30,838 bases of DNA from Candidatus Cloacimonadota bacterium (GTDB lineage: Bacteria > Cloacimonadota > Cloacimonadia > Cloacimonadales > WRIO01): contig JAKQQL010000107.1 in the NCBI GenBank assembly GCA_029564175.1, positions 1 through 30,838 of the forward strand, written 5' to 3'. The stretch's first letter is position 1. Each line of letters begins with the position of its first letter. Below, piece after piece: positions 27,598 to 30,838 of this stretch. The notes under the pieces were generated by a model. It worked only from the letters and a program-made list of their open reading frames with translations, had not been told where the DNA came from and did not search any database. The position numbers and the translations under genes were made by a program.

Positions 27598-28830
27598 TTA
27601 TTTGTTATAGGGGTTTAAACTTTCAGAGTAGATTTTTCTGACAGCGTCTCTGTCTGCTGTAACAGGAGCAATACCCAGTAAACCACCGAGAGAAGGGGTT
27701 TCAAAGGTCAGATCAACCAATCTGTCCACATCTTTTTCAGTAAATCCTTCGTCTTTTAATTTTTGAGTGATGCCGACTTCAAAGAGCCATTTTTCAATAC
27801 CTTTGGCAATCATCATATCTTCATCAGGTGTTCCCTGTAAACCAGGTACGACATCTGCAAACAATTCCGCTAAAACTTTGCTCTGAGCAGGATAAATCGT
27901 TTTAACCACTGATGGTAAGAGCATAGATAAGCCAAGACCATGAGCCAGATCTGGTTTAACTGCGCTGAGCGGATGTTCAAGTGCATGAGTAAAGTGAAGC
28001 AATCCATTATCGAAAGCCATACCGGCAATCATAGATGCATACAGCAGGAAGTATCGGGCTTCGAGATTCATCGGATCTTTTAAAACAACAGGCAAGTATT
28101 TGTGAACAAGACGTATGGTTTCTTTTGCCAGCATAACGGTAAATGGTGAATTTACAACTGTCGTCGCTGCTTCAACCACGTGATTAACTGCATCGATGGA
28201 CACATAACGGGTTTGATTTTCAGGTAATCCGGTCATCAATGCCGGATCATCGATCGCCCATGTAGGATAAATACAATCATAGGCAATCGCTGGTTTAAAC
28301 TCATTTTTGGTAACTGTTACCACTGCAAATCGGTCAATCTCGGTACCTGTACCATGGGTGGTATTGACTGCCAGAATTGGAACTGCTGTATCTGGAGTAA
28401 ATCTGAACTGATATAAGTCTTCAGCTGTTTTACCGGCATATTTCATTAAGATTGCCACTGATTTTGCTGTGTCAATCGGACTACCGCCACCGATTCCAAT
28501 AACCGCCTGTGCACCAAAATCAAGAGCGATTTTTGTTGCTTCATCCACCTGAGTATCAGTTGGATTAGGTGTTACTTTATTAAAGAGAACATATTCAATA
28601 TGATTTTCTTTGAGGGCTGGTTCAATCACTGCCCAGGCACCTGTTTTGATGTAGGAGTTTTTTCCGCAAATGATGATGACTTTTTTGATGGATCTGCCTG
28701 CCATATCTGTAGCAATATCCTTCATTTTCAGAATAGCGCCTACGCCTAAAAAGACATGATTTCTGCCTCTGATTTCAATGACTTTGTTGATGTCAATGCT
28801 TGATTCCCAGTTGGTATCTGTGTGTTTCAT
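27598..28830 (-). CDS. Iron-containing alcohol dehydrogenase (Thermoanaerobacter AdhA/Thermococcus ADH-like)
   Basis: GGAGG RBS before ATG 28830; VTPNPT, IGIGGGSPIDTAK, NTTHGTGTE, DA.NH..E, HALEHPLS, HGLGL. Confidence 0.92.
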   Translation of the reverse strand: MKHTDTNWESSIDINKVIEIRGRNHVFLGVGAILKMKDIATDMAGRSIKKVIIICGKNSYIKTGAWAVIEPALKENHIEYVLFNKVTPNPTDTQVDEATKIALDFGAQAVIGIGGGSPIDTAKSVAILMKYAGKTAEDLYQFRFTPDTAVPILAVNTTHGTGTEIDRFAVVTVTKNEFKPAIAYDCIYPTWAIDDPALMTGLPENQTRYVSIDAVNHVVEAATTVVNSPFTVMLAKETIRLVHKYLPVVLKDPMNLEARYFLLYASMIAGMAFDNGLLHFTHALEHPLSAVKPDLAHGLGLSMLLPSVVKTIYPAQSKVLAELFADVVPGLQGTPDEDMMIAKGIEKWLFEVGITQKLKDEGFTEKDVDRLVDLTFETPSLGGLLGIAPVTADRDAVRKIYSESLNPYNK

Positions 28831-28867
28831 TTTTGGCCTCCGTTTTTTATTTGTTTTAACAGAATAA

Positions 28868-28885
28868 ATGCCATTATAGTGCCAA
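28868..28885 (-). promoter_or_regulatory. Putative sigma54 (-24/-12) promoter of adh
   Basis: Minus strand TTGGCAC-TATAA-TGGCAT, with correct GG-N10-GC spacing, 37 bp before the ATG. Confidence 0.65.
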
Positions 28886-28939
28886 ATCACACAAATCAGA
28901 TAATATATTGTAATATATAGAGATAGTAACAAAGACCTA

Positions 28940-29004
28940 TGTTCATTTTCAGTCGTTTTTTCAAATCTGAAAATGATTTATTTATCGATGTACGAAAATG
29001 AACA
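28940..29004. promoter_or_regulatory. Putative enhancer-binding-protein upstream activator sites
   Basis: TGT-ACGAAAATGA-ACA (28989-29004, TGT-N10-ACA), inverted partial copy TGTTCATTTTCAGTCG (28940-28955), and a third CTGAAAATGA core (28967-28976). Confidence 0.55.
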
Positions 29005-29069
29005 TGATTTGCTAAAAACGATATCCTTTCTATCTCATTTGATTTTTTTCTTATAATTTAAAATAAAGA

Positions 29070-29098
29070 TTGACTTTCCTTTTTTTTAGTAGTATAAT
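29070..29098 (+). promoter_or_regulatory. Near-consensus sigma70 promoter
   Basis: TTGACT-17 bp-TATAAT, followed by GGAGG and ATG 29120. Confidence 0.75.
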
Positions 29099-29119
29099 GC
29101 TTGCAAAATCGGAGGATAT

Positions 29120-29509
29120 ATGGACGTTCTATCTCATAGTTTTAACGATCTGATCGGTGAACTTGCTCTTCAGTTGAATGAAGCCCTCAAACTCGAAGAA
29201 GAATTGCAATCTGCTCTAAAGGCTAAAGATTCAGAACACATCAAAGCCTGTCAGGCTGACCTGCTGCATATATACAGAATGTTTAGCAACAAGATGTATC
29301 ATCTGCTGGAACAGCATCTTAATGATCTGGATGTCTTGATGGAATTAGTTCATAAACTCAAATCTCAAATTCAGAGTACAGCATTAAATGGAAGCAGTAC
29401 AGAAAAAAAAATATCTGAAAATGGACTTGATAAAATCCTCAGTGATTTCTCTCAGTTTTACCAGAAAACAGGCGAAAACAGTAAAGCCTTATGGCTAATC
29501 AAAGAATAA
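29120..29509 (+). CDS. Hypothetical helical/coiled-coil protein
   Basis: 129-aa ORF with a strong promoter and RBS; Leu-rich heptad pattern; no family recognised. Confidence 0.7.
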   Translation: MDVLSHSFNDLIGELALQLNEALKLEEELQSALKAKDSEHIKACQADLLHIYRMFSNKMYHLLEQHLNDLDVLMELVHKLKSQIQSTALNGSSTEKKISENGLDKILSDFSQFYQKTGENSKALWLIKE

Positions 29510-29545
29510 TGTCTATCATACGCAGACAAAAAATACGTAAATCAC

Positions 29546-29748
29546 TTGTACAAGATTAGTCCAACTAAGGATAGTTGGACTTACATTTGTAAGCATAACT
29601 GTCCTCAGTTATGCTAATGCGAGATAATTTATGATCATTCAAGCTTGATGATTCACCATTCACACTATTGGGAACCACAACAGATATCTCTATTCGTATT
29701 TGTACATGATTAGTCCAACTAAGGATAGTTGGACTTACATTTGTAAGC
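29546..29748. repeat. Second REP family; 49-bp direct repeat (29546-29594 and 29700-29748)
   Basis: The copies differ at one base. Each holds rc GTAAGTCCAACTATCCTTAGTTGGACT. The first is back-to-back with GTAAGCATAACTGTCCTCAGTTATGCT (29589-29615). Confidence 0.85.
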
Positions 29749-29791
29749 TGTTAGCTTCTAAGGCTTAAAAATTGAACAGTCTCCCTGAGTT

Positions 29792-30263
29792 GAAACTGTT
29801 TAAATAAAAGATGCTATTAATCGAAGATTTAGTAAAAAATTGCCTTGATAAAGTGGATATAAAATGTATTTTGAAAGTAATTTTCAGAATTGACACCATG
29901 ATGAAAATTGTCAATTTTAAAATATTATCTTACTTTCTTTCTCTTGAAAGAAATAAAGTAAGCAAAGAAAGTTCAAGCGCTCTATAAAAATCCTACCTCC
30001 AGTCACTCTCTTGGGCTCCACCGCAAACTCGCATCTGGTATAGATTAGCAAGAAGTTACCCATCTGCTCAAACATGCGGTTGTTCGCAGCCAATCGAGTT
30101 TCCCTTCGTCTTAACGGATTTTTATAAAGGCGCATTTTAAGAACTACCATCACGTAAATATTACATTTTTTTAATAAGCATAGACTTATGAAGGTTAAAT
30201 CCCCTTTTCTCAATTTATCAAAGACTTCTATTAGCTTCTAAGGGTCTAAAATTGAACAGTCTC
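29792..30263. mobile_element. Putative non-coding MITE-like element
   Basis: Ends GAAACTGTTTAAAT and rc GAGACTGTTCAATT (11/14). CTGAGTT flanks both sides (29785-29791, 30264-30270). A second copy of the right end lies at 29751-29783. Confidence 0.55.
29929..30145 (-). other. Structured non-coding cargo: short hairpin plus long irregular rod (ssDNA or RNA structure)
   Basis: CTTACTTT/AAAGTAAG hairpin (29929-29962). Nested pairings GCGC, TATAAAAATCC/GGATTTTTATA, ACTC/GAGT, TTGG/CCAA, ACCGCA/TGCGGT, GCA/TGC across 29977-30133. Confidence 0.7.
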
Positions 30264-30296
30264 CTGAGTTGTTATAAAAATAATTTAAAAAAAGAT

Positions 30297-30325
30297 TTGA
30301 CTTTCATAAAAAAATAGATTAAGCT
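30297..30325 (+). promoter_or_regulatory. Putative sigma70 promoter of the ABC binding protein gene
   Basis: TTGACT-17 bp-TAAGCT; AAGGAGGT RBS before ATG 30367. Confidence 0.5.
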
Positions 30326-30366
30326 TTTTCAAAAATGCTAAAATGCATTAATAAAAGGAGGTAAGA

Positions 30367-30705
30367 ATGAAAACATTCTTCAAAGTACTGATACTAATAC
30401 TGGTCTTGAGCAGTATGATTCTTCTGATGAGTTGTTCTTCAAAGGGAAAAAAGTTAGTCGTAGGTGTTTCTGCTGAGTATCCTCCATTTGAATACAAAGA
30501 AGGAGCAGAGTTTAAAGGAATCGATATTGAAGTAGCCCGTTTGATTGCTGAAAAATTGGGTTTGGAATTACAGATTCAGGATATGGAATTTGATTCATTA
30601 ATACCATCTCTGACTGCAGGGAAAATTGATATGGCGATTTCTGCCATCACTATTACACCTGAAAGACTGGAACAAATTGATTTTTCAGATTCTTACTATA
30701 GTTAA
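30367..30705 (+). pseudogene. Polar amino acid ABC transporter substrate-binding lipoprotein (SBP_bac_3), truncated at 112 aa
   Basis: Lipobox LMS-C; LVVG.SAEYPPFEY, GIDIE, MEFDSLIPSL..GKID, ITITPER..QIDFSDSYY, then an abrupt stop. Family members are about twice this length. Confidence 0.8.
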
Positions 30706-30838
30706 GTCCCAAATGTTGGTGTAAAGTTCCAACCCTTTGTTTTCAAAGTAATACAAGATTTTTTTTCTTATATTTCACTTCTATATTGACTTTGATTACA
30801 ATTTAAATTTTCTTTAGTCTATTTGTCAAGATCTTTTT
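30700..30838. mobile_element. Probable IS256-family terminal inverted repeat (element runs off the window)
   Basis: AGTTAAGTCCCAAATGTTGGTGTAAAGT resembles the IS256-type end pattern (..AAGTCC...GTGTAAA), and starts exactly where SBP homology stops. Confidence 0.55.

Noticed and set aside
29546..29748. Mini-CRISPR
   Set aside because: Only two 49-bp copies 154 bp apart, and the intervening DNA contains a related inverted palindrome.
29917..30213. 98-aa minus-strand ORF
   Set aside because: It overlaps the structured repeat, has no convincing start context and shows no protein-like motifs.
29960..30366. T-box or amino-acid riboswitch upstream of the ABC binding protein
   Set aside because: No T-box consensus or terminator on the + strand. 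The structure favours the minus strand and lies upstream of the gene's own predicted promoter.
30697..30760. Programmed frameshift or stop read-through rescuing the ABC binding protein
   Set aside because: The +1 frame gives only VKSQMLV before a stop, and read-through yields no SBP-like sequence. An IS end explains the break better.

Overview
AT-rich chromosomal segment of an anaerobic bacterium, most likely Cloacimonadota (inferred from two large secreted proteins carrying the FlgD-like/T9SS-type C-terminal domain typical of that group). Left to right: 3' part of asnS; a PD-(D/E)XK nuclease-DinG/XPD Fe-S helicase; a signalling block (two HDOD paralogs, a PAS hybrid kinase, a TPR kinase lacking its H-box His, a GAF-HD-GYP protein) around a formate/nitrite channel, a MutS-domain-V-only (KamC-like) ATPase, an APH-like kinase and a cupin; an ATL protein; an adjacent Csd6/Pgp2-like and Csd4/Pgp1-like peptidoglycan-trimming pair; yraN; mnmE; an FGE-fold lipoprotein; two beta-helix CTD surface proteins behind a (TA)9 palindrome; a putatively sigma54-driven iron-containing alcohol dehydrogenase; and an amino-acid ABC binding protein cut by an IS256-like end. 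Intergenic DNA holds four clusters of GTAN-type REP palindromes. It also holds a ~470-bp non-coding MITE-like element (degenerate TIRs, 7-bp flanking duplication) whose cargo is a rolling-circle-origin-like hairpin plus a ~160-nt rod rich in tandem GA/GA mismatches. No CRISPR array, reverse transcriptase, tRNA or rRNA was seen. All family assignments are by motif recognition, without database searches.
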